Source: Candidatus Hadarchaeota archaeon
Lineage (GTDB): Archaea; Hadarchaeota; Hadarchaeia; Hadarchaeales; JAGGTB01
Assembly: GCA_964384105.1 (NCBI GenBank)
Contig: CAYLJV010000003.1
Location: 128,001 to 192,000 of the forward strand
Direction of reading: 5' to 3'
Length of the DNA stretch: 64,000 nt
In this document: positions 1 to 9,349 of the stretch, piece by piece
How the letters are laid out: each line of letters begins with the position of its first letter
Position numbering within the stretch: the stretch's first letter is position 1
Program-made: the position numbers and the translations under genes
The notes under the pieces: generated by a model
What the model was told of the DNA's origin: nothing
Seen by the model: only the letters and a program-made list of their open reading frames with translations
Database searches by the model: none

Positions 1-235
1 GCTAAAATAATCTAACTTTAGTTTTCAAATGTTTAGTTAAATTAGTTTTTTTATGAAAATTTGAAAAAATTTTCATTTGCTTATTAATTATGTTTCGTTG
101 GCGAGACAAACTTAATTAGACCTTGAGACATACTGACCCACATTAGGTGGGTTTATAGTGGAACAAAAAATGGGTGGTTATTATGGTGGGGCTTTTAATC
201 TCGGTGTCTGGGACTTCCGGTTATATTCTAAATAG

Positions 236-526
236 GTGAAAAGAGAAGTAAATCGATTGGTGTTATTTATGGAGAGCAGAAACGTCGTAATTGTATTTTT
301 ATGGATTTTTGTAATAAGTTTCTTGTTTGGGTTTCTCTTGACTGAAAAGATGAATGGCTTCATAATGCTTTTATTATTCTTTATTGCCCTAATATTCTCC
401 ATAATCTTGGCTTTTGAAAAATCAGAAAAGGAAATGGAAGAAGACGAACTTTTAGAACAAATTCAAAACTTAGAGGAAAAAATAGAAGATCTGAATAAGA
501 AAATTGATGATAAGGACGCCGAATAG
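236..526 (+). CDS. Hypothetical membrane protein (2 TM helices + C-terminal coiled coil)
   Basis: ORF with two hydrophobic stretches then an E/K-rich heptad tail; true start may be ATG at 269. Confidence 0.65.
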   Translation: MKREVNRLVLFMESRNVVIVFLWIFVISFLFGFLLTEKMNGFIMLLLFFIALIFSIILAFEKSEKEMEEDELLEQIQNLEEKIEDLNKKIDDKDAE

Positions 527-644
527 GATTGAGATTAATTAGATAGAACTTTTTTATTATTGAGACTAAGTTTTACGGTTGCCTTTTCTCTAATTCTTAT
601 TCATAATTTATAATGAGAAATTAATTTCAAAATTCGTTCATATT

Positions 645-1197
645 CTATTTCTGGAAAATTCCCTCCAAGCATAATGGAGAAAGGTTTTCTGTTTCTGGAC
701 ATTTCGAACTGAGGTCACAAACTTCACATAGTTTTTCTAACTCATCTACATGAAGGTCTAATGTCCCATTCTCTTTTTGGAGCTTGTATAACAGTTTCAA
801 GTACTTGCCCTCGGCTATTCTTGGCATTTCGTATTTCGCTTTATCAAAATCGTATTCATCATAGAACCATTCGTAAAGTCTCTTGCTCTCTTTTCGGGAA
901 TTACAATTTTGACAGACCCGAACAGCATTATCCGCTATATCCGGTCCCCCTCGAGAAACTGGAAGTATATGTTCTAAAGTGAGATTCTCACATTCTTTTC
1001 CACAGTAAATACATTCTCCTTCCTTTTCACTCTCTTTGATATATTCCCTAATAGACGTAGACCACTCTATTTCTCCTGACTGTAATTTCTTGAACGATTC
1101 ATTATGAAACCGTAATTCTTTTTACCCATACCCGCGGATTTAGAGATTATTTTAGAAATATTAAATCTTCAACGGTTTTCGCAGCAGAAGGCGACAT
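645..1197 (-). pseudogene. HNH endonuclease, frameshifted
   Basis: Manual translation: MSPSAAKTVEDLIF /fs/ SKIISKSAGMGKKNYGFIMNR /fs/ KKLQSGEIEWSTSIREYIKE...CIYCGKECENLTLEHILPVSRGGPDIADNAVRVCQNCNSRK...MPRIAEGKYLKLL. CxxC-H-N-CxxCN HNH motif; the ORF track only shows the last 60 aa. Confidence 0.85.
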
Positions 1198-1434
1198 ATA
1201 AAGATTAACTTTCTTGTTTTTCACTTATTGTTTTTCTCCTTGAGACATTGAATAAAGAATGCTTACTGGTTTAGTTTGTTGCACGTGCAGCAAAAAATCA
1301 GTTAAATATCTGAAAACTGAATTTTGGCAATTCACAGAATAATCCCAGTTTCTTATCCTCTGCCTTTTCCAAGAGTTTCAATAGTATATCATTCCAGCTG
1401 TCTTTTCTGGAACAGTGATCCTCAGCCCAAGACC

Positions 1435-1728
1435 CTACGATTCCTTCTCTTCTCCCTGATCCACTCTGTCTTTTAGAGCCTCCACCCTCTCTGGAATATA
1501 CGCTGACTTCCGGTGGTCAACCCCAATTACTCCTAAATCATCTCCATGTTTCCAGTAATAGATTCTGTAGTCACTGACTCGGAGTGCCCAAATTCTCCCG
1601 CGAATGTGTCTAACATCACCACGTTCAGTTTTGTAATAATTTTCTATGCTACTTATGATTCTTTCTCTTATCTCGGAGGGGAGTTTATCGAGTTCACGTA
1701 AAGCAGCTTTATGGCATTTGAGGGTCAA
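1435..1728 (-). CDS. relE: Type II TA toxin, RelE/ParE family
   Basis: 97 aa, ALRELDKL...WALRVSDYRIYY RelE signature; 4-nt overlap with upstream antitoxin. Confidence 0.85.
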   Translation of the reverse strand: MTLKCHKAALRELDKLPSEIRERIISSIENYYKTERGDVRHIRGRIWALRVSDYRIYYWKHGDDLGVIGVDHRKSAYIPERVEALKDRVDQGEEKES

Positions 1729-1928
1729 CCGGCCCGCTCCTCTTTAAGTCGCTGGAATGAAACGTACTCCTCATCGGGAGCTCCAGCCCGACGCTCTAAT
1801 TCCTCTAATCGAGACTCATATGCAGCAATAAGATCCATAATTATCTCATCGTAAGTTTCACCCTTGTGTCCGATACCCCGAAGCCTTTCTCTTGTTTCCC
1901 GCTTGACTTGAATAGTAGTTTTAACCAT
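1725..1928 (-). CDS. Type II TA antitoxin (RHH-like, TTIQV...GETYDEII)
   Basis: 67 aa, typical archaeal antitoxin N-terminus and acidic C-terminus; directly upstream of RelE. Confidence 0.8.
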   Translation of the reverse strand: MVKTTIQVKRETRERLRGIGHKGETYDEIIMDLIAAYESRLEELERRAGAPDEEYVSFQRLKEERAG

Positions 1929-1937
1929 TATGTATCA

Positions 1938-1964
1938 TTATATTCAACTTATAACTGAATATAA
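1938..1964. promoter_or_regulatory. Inverted-repeat operator overlapping the TATA box of the TA operon
   Basis: TTATATTCA-N9-TGAATATAA perfect 9-bp arms 10-36 nt upstream of the antitoxin ATG; TTTATA on the minus strand overlaps the distal arm. Confidence 0.6.
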
Positions 1965-2089
1965 AAAATTTACCTTTCCGCTTATAATGATTGATTCTTT
2001 ACTAAGAAAGTCGAGAAAGATATTAATAAACATTTAATGGAAAATGGATTTCAGATTTTTAGCTAATCTAAAATCTAATGAGCTCTCGC

Positions 2090-2137
2090 TAGGGTGCGTT
2101 CCTCGGGGGTTCCGGGGTTCGAATCCCCGCCCCCGCA
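2090..2137 (+). mobile_element. att site: duplicated 3' half of tRNA-Leu(NAG), right boundary of an integrated element
   Basis: TAGGGTGCGTTCCTCGGGGGTTCCGGGGTTCGAATCCCCGCCCCCGCA = anticodon 3' side, long variable arm, T-arm GGTTCGAATCC, acceptor 3' strand CCCCCGC-A; no 5' half upstream. Confidence 0.8.
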
Positions 2138-2320
2138 ACATCCTAATTTGAGGAATTTTGCAGGTTTGTCTTCTATAAATTATTAGCAATATAAAGAATA
2201 CCAGATATAATTCTGAACTTAGTTAAGTACTGGTTTTTATCTATCAATTGGTTGTTTTATTAGTAACTGTCGAGGAGGCAGATGGAATAAAGATATCCAT
2301 TCAAAGGAGAGGGTGAAATT

Positions 2321-2488
2321 ATGAAATTCTCGGATATGAAAGTAAAATTCGCTATGATAATATTCATGACGGGTGGTATTGCTGGTGCTCATGGAGACGG
2401 AGGGCAACTCGCAGAGTTAACGTCGTCCTTAGCCTCAACAAATCCAGCTGGACTGGTTGAACATATTCTAAGCTGCTTTGGGGCTTAA
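2321..2488 (+). CDS. 55-aa small putative secreted/membrane peptide (below ORF-track cutoff)
   Basis: SD GAGGGTGA 4 nt before ATG; MKFSDMKVKFAMIIFMTGGIAGAHGDGG...LSCFGA; followed by T-rich tract. Confidence 0.55.
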   Translation: MKFSDMKVKFAMIIFMTGGIAGAHGDGGQLAELTSSLASTNPAGLVEHILSCFGA

Positions 2489-2727
2489 TTGGAACACCCA
2501 AAAAAACAAGTGACTTCTTATTTTTTCTTTTTTTATTATTCCAACACTTTCAATTCGATCTTTTTCCCCCAAATGACTTTACTAGTTTTATGATTAATGG
2601 TAAAGCGATAAGGTACTTCCGAGAAAAAATAAGTGGAGAACAAAGAATCTGAATGGGACAGATGGGAGACTCGAGACTAACTAAATCTGTTAAAGGAAAC
2701 AAAAAATATCAACTATGAGGAAGAATT

Positions 2728-4098
2728 GTGAAGAAAACTAAAATTATCGGGACCATCGGTCCCGCAAGCCTCCAGTTAGACGAACTGGAGAGAATGTACA
2801 AGAAAGGAATGGATTGTGTCCGGATAAACACTGCTTATGGGTCGCCGAACCTTTACAAATCAGTTATGGATAATGTTCGAGAAATTGCAGACATTCCCAT
2901 AATCCTGGACATTAAAGGCCCTGAAATTCGACTCCAAGCCGAGGAGGATAAACATGTCGAGGAGGGAGACTTGCTAGAAATTGGGTTTGAAAAAGGTGAA
3001 TTTAGGTTTAATCATGATATCTATAGTGAGATAAGTGTTGATGATGAAATTTTTATTGATAATGGAAAAATAAGGTCTCAGGTTGTGGGCAAGGAAAAAG
3101 GTAAACTAAAATTACGTTTCTTGGAAGAAGGAGGACTTTCAGATGGAAAGGGGGTTAATATACCGAGTAAACAACTTTTGACTCCTACTTTAACGGAAAA
3201 GGATTTAAGCTTGATAGAATTTGCCAAGGAGATGAATATTGATTATCTTGCTTATTCATATACTAGAAATGCAAGAGATATCAACCATCTAAGATCAAAA
3301 CTGAAAAATTCTGACATCGAGATTATCGCTAAAATTGAAAACCTTGCAGGCTTGAACAATTTTGGGGAAATTTTAGACTCTGCCGATTCCATTATGGTTG
3401 CTAGAGGGGATCTAGGAATTGAGATAAGCCTTGAAAAGGTACCCATGGCCCAGAAATCAATCATCAGACAATGCAACATTAAAGGTAAAACAGTAATAAC
3501 CGCTACAGAAATGCTCGAGTCTATGATAGAAAAACCCGAACCGACCAGAGCTGAAGTGAGTGATGTGGCCAACGCGATATTAGACGGGACGGATGCAGTA
3601 ATGTTGTCAGGTGAAACCTCTATCGGGAAATACCCGGCCAAATCGGTCTCAATGATTAAACGGATAGCAAAAGAGGTCGAAACCAATGTAAAAAGCCAAA
3701 TCTGGGAAGAAAAATCCAAAACATTATCAGAAACCATCAGTAAGGCAATACAAAGGATATGTCAAGACAAACCAATTGACAAAATAGTAACTCTGACAAG
3801 ATCAGGATTTACAGCAAGGATGATCTCAAGATTCAAACTTTCACAACCAATATTAGCGGTCGCCCCGGTCGAGGGGGTTAAAAGAAGACTCGAAATTGCT
3901 TTTGGTGTAATTCCTGTCCATTTTGACTATCTTGAAAAGGGAAATAAAGTCCTATCCACAGCGAAAAAGCTTCTCTCCTCTGGATTAGTTGAGAAAAATG
4001 AAACTGTACTGTTCACCGCCGCTTTTGGAACGGCCGTAAAACATGCAAGCAACATGATAGAAATTCATGAAATAAAGGATCTTTTAAATTCTGGTTAA
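2728..4098 (+). CDS. pyk: Pyruvate kinase
   Basis: KTKIIGTIGPAS, AKIEN, MVARGDLG, PTRAEVSDVANAILDGTDAVMLSGET motifs. Confidence 0.97.
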   Translation: MKKTKIIGTIGPASLQLDELERMYKKGMDCVRINTAYGSPNLYKSVMDNVREIADIPIILDIKGPEIRLQAEEDKHVEEGDLLEIGFEKGEFRFNHDIYSEISVDDEIFIDNGKIRSQVVGKEKGKLKLRFLEEGGLSDGKGVNIPSKQLLTPTLTEKDLSLIEFAKEMNIDYLAYSYTRNARDINHLRSKLKNSDIEIIAKIENLAGLNNFGEILDSADSIMVARGDLGIEISLEKVPMAQKSIIRQCNIKGKTVITATEMLESMIEKPEPTRAEVSDVANAILDGTDAVMLSGETSIGKYPAKSVSMIKRIAKEVETNVKSQIWEEKSKTLSETISKAIQRICQDKPIDKIVTLTRSGFTARMISRFKLSQPILAVAPVEGVKRRLEIAFGVIPVHFDYLEKGNKVLSTAKKLLSSGLVEKNETVLFTAAFGTAVKHASNMIEIHEIKDLLNSG

Positions 4099-4118
4099 AA
4101 CGACGATGTTACGATTTA

Positions 4119-4236
4119 TTCAACGCATCTTTACTGTGGATTTCCAAGAAAATCGGTTTCAACCAGACGACCCCAACAAAGATATTCATCACTACCGCTA
4201 CAGACGTTCTGGGATTTTTGTATTTTTAACCTTGTA
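4119..4236 (+). pseudogene. Remnant of MgtE Mg2+ transporter C-terminus
   Basis: Translates to WISKKIGFNQTTPTKIFITTATDVLGF, resembling the MgtE 'KKLGxDPA...FITTxTDVLGF' motif; no start or N-terminal part. Confidence 0.55.
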
Positions 4237-4336
4237 GAGATATTAATTCTAATAATACTCTACCCTGAGGTTACTAATAATTTAAAATCCCAAAATTTAT
4301 GTCTTTGACTGAAAAGGATGTTATGAGATAAAACAG

Positions 4337-5449
4337 ATGAAGACTTCTATTGAAATTGGGAAAGTTTCCGGAATACCGGTCAAACTCCACATCACTCTTC
4401 TAATTATTATAGGATTCATAGCTTGGTCCATTGGTACTAATGTTTTTGAACTTGCTGAACTGCTGAGAGTCGATCCTACTGGGATTTCTCCCGGTTTTCA
4501 AAGCTATCTAATAGGAATAATTATGGCTATCGGGCTCTTCGTTAGTGTATTCATTCACGAGATGGCTCACTCTTTCATGGCCAGAGGGATGGGAGTGGAA
4601 ATCAAAGAGATAAGCCTATGGCTTTTTGGTGGAGTTGCCAACATGAGTGAAATCCCTCGCGAGCCTAATTTGGAAATAAAATTAAGCATTGTAGGACCTT
4701 TGACCAGCTTGGTTATAGGAAGTATTTGCTACTCTCTTGGAATGTTTTCTCCTCCCGTGATATCGTTCGTTCTGGTATATCTCGGAGTTATCAACATTAT
4801 TCTTGCCGCCTTCAACATGATTCCTGCCTTACCTATGGACGGTGGGAGAATACTGAGAGCGGTGTTTGCCAAGAGAGAATCCTACGTTTCAGCCACTAAA
4901 AAAGCTGCATCAGTTGGAAAAGTATTTGCAATTTTAATAGGAATATTCGGGATTTTCTATAATTTCTTTCTGATTCTGATAGCTTTCTTCATATACATGG
5001 GGGCCAGCCAAGAAGCTCAAAGTATAATGGTTCAAGAAGTGCTCCAAAGAATAAAGGCAAAGAGGATCATGTCCAAAGGCGTTGAAACAGTCACACCAAA
5101 TATGTCCCTTCAGGAGTTTATAGACCAGGCGCTAGAGGTCCAGCATACTGGCTACCCTGTTGTGGAAAATGGGGAGATCATGGGCATAATTACTTTGAGT
5201 GATGCCAAGAAGATCGATAAATCCCGATTAAGCGAGGCCACAGTCGGTGATGTTATGGAGAAAGATGTTATCTATTTTTCGCCAGAAGACGACTTGAATA
5301 CTCTCTGGCAAAAAATGGTGGAAAATGACATTGGTAGATTCCCCATAGTTTCCAACGGAGAACTGGTAGGGATGATTACCCGATCGGACATACTCCGCTC
5401 TTTTAGGAGAATTAGCAGGATGGAATCATACAGAGGAGACAAAATATAG
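4337..5449 (+). CDS. Site-2 (M50) zinc metalloprotease with CBS domain pair
   Basis: HEMAH, NMIPALPMDGG motifs; two C-terminal CBS repeats. Confidence 0.95.
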   Translation: MKTSIEIGKVSGIPVKLHITLLIIIGFIAWSIGTNVFELAELLRVDPTGISPGFQSYLIGIIMAIGLFVSVFIHEMAHSFMARGMGVEIKEISLWLFGGVANMSEIPREPNLEIKLSIVGPLTSLVIGSICYSLGMFSPPVISFVLVYLGVINIILAAFNMIPALPMDGGRILRAVFAKRESYVSATKKAASVGKVFAILIGIFGIFYNFFLILIAFFIYMGASQEAQSIMVQEVLQRIKAKRIMSKGVETVTPNMSLQEFIDQALEVQHTGYPVVENGEIMGIITLSDAKKIDKSRLSEATVGDVMEKDVIYFSPEDDLNTLWQKMVENDIGRFPIVSNGELVGMITRSDILRSFRRISRMESYRGDKI

Positions 5450-5526
5450 AGTTCCATCGTGACAGGTTTTTCCCTATGTCTTGAATATTTTTTCATAGCA
5501 CCTTTAGAAGAAAAACAATCTAATAA

Positions 5527-5731
5527 AATGAAAAACAGTTGCCCTAAGATGCCAAAAACCTATCCTCAAGAGAAGTCTTCACAGGAATAACTACCGATGT
5601 CAGTGGAGTAAGATACTACATACTTAGAGAAATCGCAAGACACAATAATGCAGAAATTATTAGTAAAATATCCTGAGCTCGGTGGAGCAAGATTTAAAGT
5701 TCACTTGAAGAAAGCGCAAGAAAGAAAATAA
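5527..5731 (+). pseudogene. Remnant of histidine-kinase HATPase C-terminus
   Basis: NEKQLP*DAKNL...FTGITTDVSGVRYYILREIARHNNAEI /fs/ ELGGARFKVHLKKA; in-frame stop plus frameshift. Confidence 0.55.
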
Positions 5732-5784
5732 ATACTAAAGTATTATATAGAATACCTAATATTCAAATTAATAAGGTTGTAAGC

Positions 5785-5997
5785 ATGTCGAAGACGAAAA
5801 ATGTCAGTTTCAAAGCAACTAAAGAACAGATAAGGCAGATAGAAAAAGCAGTTGAGTCGGGTAGATTCACGTCCCGTGGAGAATTTTTGCGATCCTTGCT
5901 TAGGAAAGTAGAGGATGCAGAACTTTCCGAAAAAGCAAAGCGGGACATAGAAGAAGCCAGAAAACAAGAGGGAAAACCGCTTGACGAACTCTTTTGA
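5785..5997 (+). CDS. RHH (CopG/Arc/MetJ) antitoxin
   Basis: NVSFK...IEKAVESGRFTSRGEFLR RHH pattern; overlaps downstream toxin. Confidence 0.85.
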   Translation: MSKTKNVSFKATKEQIRQIEKAVESGRFTSRGEFLRSLLRKVEDAELSEKAKRDIEEARKQEGKPLDELF

Positions 5998-6259
5998 AAT
6001 CACTCGAACACGTAAGTTCGATGAGAGACTCGATGAATTATCTAAGAAAACGAAAGAAAGAGTAATTAGAAAACTGCAGGAGTTCAATCACCAAATCAAT
6101 GAGTATGATGTAGATCCTAGGCAGCATGGTAGCACTAAATACATTGCTCAGAAGCGTGTTTGGAGATTGAGAATTGGAGACTATAGAGCTTTTTTTGATA
6201 TTCTAGGGGACGAAATCCGATTTCTCACGGTCCTACCTAGAAGAGATGCGTACAAGTAG
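5981..6259 (+). CDS. relE: Type II TA toxin, RelE/ParE family
   Basis: WRLRIGDYRAFF...VLPRRDAYK RelE signature. Confidence 0.88.
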   Translation: MTNSFEITRTRKFDERLDELSKKTKERVIRKLQEFNHQINEYDVDPRQHGSTKYIAQKRVWRLRIGDYRAFFDILGDEIRFLTVLPRRDAYK

Positions 6260-6532
6260 TCCATATGCTAGAATTAGTTTCTTCAGAAATTCCGTATCAT
6301 TCCCTTCGAGGTCTCCTGTTTGTTATTTGGAGATATTATTGCTTTTCGTAGAAAGCTAAAATTATAAATTCTATTTGTAATACGGATGCAACCCACGACA
6401 AATTTTTTCAACTGATAGTTAACAGTATTCTCCATATTCTGTATTCTCGAACGATAATCTACACGAAGTTGTAATTACTTTAACATTAAATCCTTAAGAT
6501 AGAGAAATAGAGATAGAAAAAGGTGTATTACA

Positions 6533-7846
6533 ATGGGTGGCGTTTGTGGAGTATACTTACCCGGAAAAGAATGCTACGATTTTTTACTCCAATCCACCTT
6601 CCACTTACAGCATAGGGGAACTCAATCCTCTGCTATCGATACGTCGGAAGCGGACCCTGAATCGAGAAAGATAAGGGCCGGAGAAATAAAGAAGGTTTTT
6701 GATGGCAAAGAAAAGGATAGTTTTAAGGGAGACCACGGTATAGCGGGCTTGTCTGGAGACAAGGCTGAACTCATCAGGCTGTCTTTTTCCGATGGAGATT
6801 TTTCCCTCATTTTTGATGGAGAGATAACTAATTCGAAGGAGCTTAGGGAGGGATTGAAAAGCCAGGGTGAAGCTTTCTCCACTAACTATGAGTCCGAGAT
6901 TCTGGGTAGACTTATTTCTAAGGGGGATAATGTGGTCGAAGGTCTCAAGCTCATGGGGGATGAAATCGAAGGTTCGTGCTCGTTGGTTCTTCTGACTGAT
7001 GAAAAATTATATGCATTCAGAAGCGCTCGAATTAGCCCGCCTCTCGTCGTCGGAGGAAATGAGGATGGATATGCGCTGGCTTCCGAATCACCGGCCTTGA
7101 CGGAGATGGGATTTGAGGACTTTCGTGATGTAGAACCTGGAGAAATTTTGAAGATTGACGAGGGGGGTGTGGAACAAGTGGGCAGACTAAGTTCTAAGAA
7201 TCATAAATATTGTGCCTTTGAATGGATGTACACTGCGAGACCTGATTCTATAATTGAAGGGGTGGAGTCAGAGAAGGTGAGAAAAAGAGCGGGAGAGCTA
7301 CTTAGCGAAAATGATGGGATTGAAGCGGATATAGTAGCACCTGTACCTCAATCAGGAATAGGCTATTCCATAGGCTATCATCATAAAAGCGGCATTCCCT
7401 ATGATGACGTGTTCTATCTAAATCGGTATTCTTCTCGGAGTTATATTCCCACTGACCCAAAGTTGAGAGAACAAATTGCGAGCGAAAAACTTTCTATAGT
7501 TCATGAGAGTATTCGGGGGAACAAGATAATCATTTGTGAAGATTCCATAGTAAGAGGGAACCAAATGTTGAGAATAAGGAACTCGTTGAAAAAGAAAGGT
7601 AAGGCTAAGGAGGTTCATGCGAGAGTTGGTTCACCTCCAATCAATGCACCCTGTTCCTATACCGATACTACGAAGCAAGAAGAAGAACTGATTTACAATC
7701 GATTCGATGGTGATGTAGATAAAATTTCGAAAAAATTGAACTTGGATTCTCTAAGATATAATACTGTGAACGACATGGTTGAAGCTATCGGCCTTCCCAA
7801 GGAAAAACTATGTCTTGGTTGTTTTGCTCACGACTATACGGGATGA
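6533..7846 (+). CDS. purF: Amidophosphoribosyltransferase-like protein (glutaminase Cys1 absent)
   Basis: QHRG, CAFEWMYTARPDS, EDSIVRG PRPP loop, Fe-S cysteines (PC..., CLGCF); N-terminus MGGVCG. Confidence 0.85.
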   Translation: MGGVCGVYLPGKECYDFLLQSTFHLQHRGTQSSAIDTSEADPESRKIRAGEIKKVFDGKEKDSFKGDHGIAGLSGDKAELIRLSFSDGDFSLIFDGEITNSKELREGLKSQGEAFSTNYESEILGRLISKGDNVVEGLKLMGDEIEGSCSLVLLTDEKLYAFRSARISPPLVVGGNEDGYALASESPALTEMGFEDFRDVEPGEILKIDEGGVEQVGRLSSKNHKYCAFEWMYTARPDSIIEGVESEKVRKRAGELLSENDGIEADIVAPVPQSGIGYSIGYHHKSGIPYDDVFYLNRYSSRSYIPTDPKLREQIASEKLSIVHESIRGNKIIICEDSIVRGNQMLRIRNSLKKKGKAKEVHARVGSPPINAPCSYTDTTKQEEELIYNRFDGDVDKISKKLNLDSLRYNTVNDMVEAIGLPKEKLCLGCFAHDYTG

Positions 7847-8155
7847 AAAATATGGATCTCGTTTTCTGATTTTTGTTCCTGTACCATACCCTCCTGTTCA
7901 TAGCTCTTCAGCAAAACTTCATCTGGGTCTAGAGGGGGCTTATTCAAGCTGTTTAAACAGTAGTAGTGTTTTAGGATCGGTATCGAAATTTTCTGTACAG
8001 ATTATATTCTCTCGAATATTCATAGTCTTCAAAATGCTTTACCTAAAAAAGTATATTTAGAAAGTCTTTATTGTATTCTTAGTGCCTTTAAATGCTTTAA
8101 AACAAGATTAAAGAAATTAAATAACTATATATCGCATTAAGGCGATATTATTGCG

Positions 8156-8632
8156 ATGATTAATGAAACAAGTGAGAAAGTAACTGGGGTAATACCAGCA
8201 CTAAGTACGGGTTGGCTTGGACGTCAGTCTTATAGTCTTATTGTAACCGACCACCGACTCATCTTTGCTAAATACTCTAGCGAATTAATGAAGCAAGAAC
8301 GAGAAAAAGCAGTAGCTGGGTTAGACGATAAAGGGTTTTTTGGTAGATGGAAAGCATCCGTATCTTCCGGATTTAACTTTCACGAAAGATATTACGAAAT
8401 GGATCCAGAGACAATACTGAAAGAAGATGAAGATAACTACGAAATTACCCCTGAAGAAATAGAGTCCGTTAAAACGAAATCAGGGAATTGGGACCTGGAA
8501 CACAGTAAAAGCCAAGCAAATGAGATGACAATCAAATGGTCTGGGGGTAAAGAAAAATTCAAATTCCACCAGATGAACCCGAAACAAGTTAAAGGAGTCT
8601 TAAAACCATTGCTAGGAACAAGACTCGATTAA
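8156..8632 (+). CDS. Hypothetical protein (possible PH-like fold, LIVTDHRLIF)
   Basis: 158-aa ORF with host-like codon use. Confidence 0.7.
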   Translation: MINETSEKVTGVIPALSTGWLGRQSYSLIVTDHRLIFAKYSSELMKQEREKAVAGLDDKGFFGRWKASVSSGFNFHERYYEMDPETILKEDEDNYEITPEEIESVKTKSGNWDLEHSKSQANEMTIKWSGGKEKFKFHQMNPKQVKGVLKPLLGTRLD

Positions 8633-8856
8633 GTTAAAATTCTCATTAATAAATCCGGGAAGCGAACAATTATGCCCCGTTTTCCGGATTGTGGTGTTCA
8701 AATAGAAAAGAAACAAATTTTAGGAAACTCGATCGAATTAAACTGTTAGTCTGATTTTTTCTGACTGTCAAAATATATTTTTCGAGAAAGCTTCGAGATT
8801 CAAATCAAGCCCATTTTTATCATATGATTTACATGTGAAGATTGTTGTTTTGAAGT

Positions 8857-9234
8857 GTGGTTACCGTGATAAAAGAATCTAATTCGGGAGCACAAGGTGT
8901 TGGTTTTGGAATAGTTTTTGGCGCTGGTTTTGGTCTATTATTGGCCGTAATCACTGGAATAGAAATTAGCATTGGTCTGACGATGGGTGTCAGTGGAGGG
9001 ATTATAGTAGGTGGGATTACCGATCTGAGTTTGAAGAGGGATTGGTTTGTAAATAATAAGATGGTTGTGGTCTTTGGTCTTGGGTGGGGAACTTTAGTCG
9101 GAATGTTATTAGGGCTACTTACGGCATGGGTTCATGAATTCCCGTATACTGATGGTTTTAGTACAGGTTCTTTAGCTGGTCTGATCAGTGGAACGCTTAT
9201 TGGTGCAGTGATTTATATTTCAAAAACTGATTAA
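8857..9234 (+). CDS. Gly-rich (glycine-zipper) membrane protein
   Basis: Four GxxxG-rich hydrophobic segments. Confidence 0.7.
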   Translation: MVTVIKESNSGAQGVGFGIVFGAGFGLLLAVITGIEISIGLTMGVSGGIIVGGITDLSLKRDWFVNNKMVVVFGLGWGTLVGMLLGLLTAWVHEFPYTDGFSTGSLAGLISGTLIGAVIYISKTD

Positions 9235-9349
9235 GTCGGACTCAAAAAGGTGTTTTTTTTCAGATTTAATCAGGTTTATACCAATTCTAGATGTGAAAGA
9301 ATTGGATCGATTATATCCCCTTGGAGTGAGGAAAATCCTTTAACGATTA

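Noticed and set aside
121-1248. 11-bp direct repeat CCTTGAGACAT at 121 and 1238 as a target-site duplication
   Set aside because: Short enough to occur by chance over this span; no transposase or terminal inverted repeats.
2090-2137. Intact tRNA gene or trans-spliced (split) tRNA half
   Set aside because: No D-arm or 5' acceptor strand upstream, U33 missing, and no GC-rich leader or BHB visible; an att duplication is more parsimonious.
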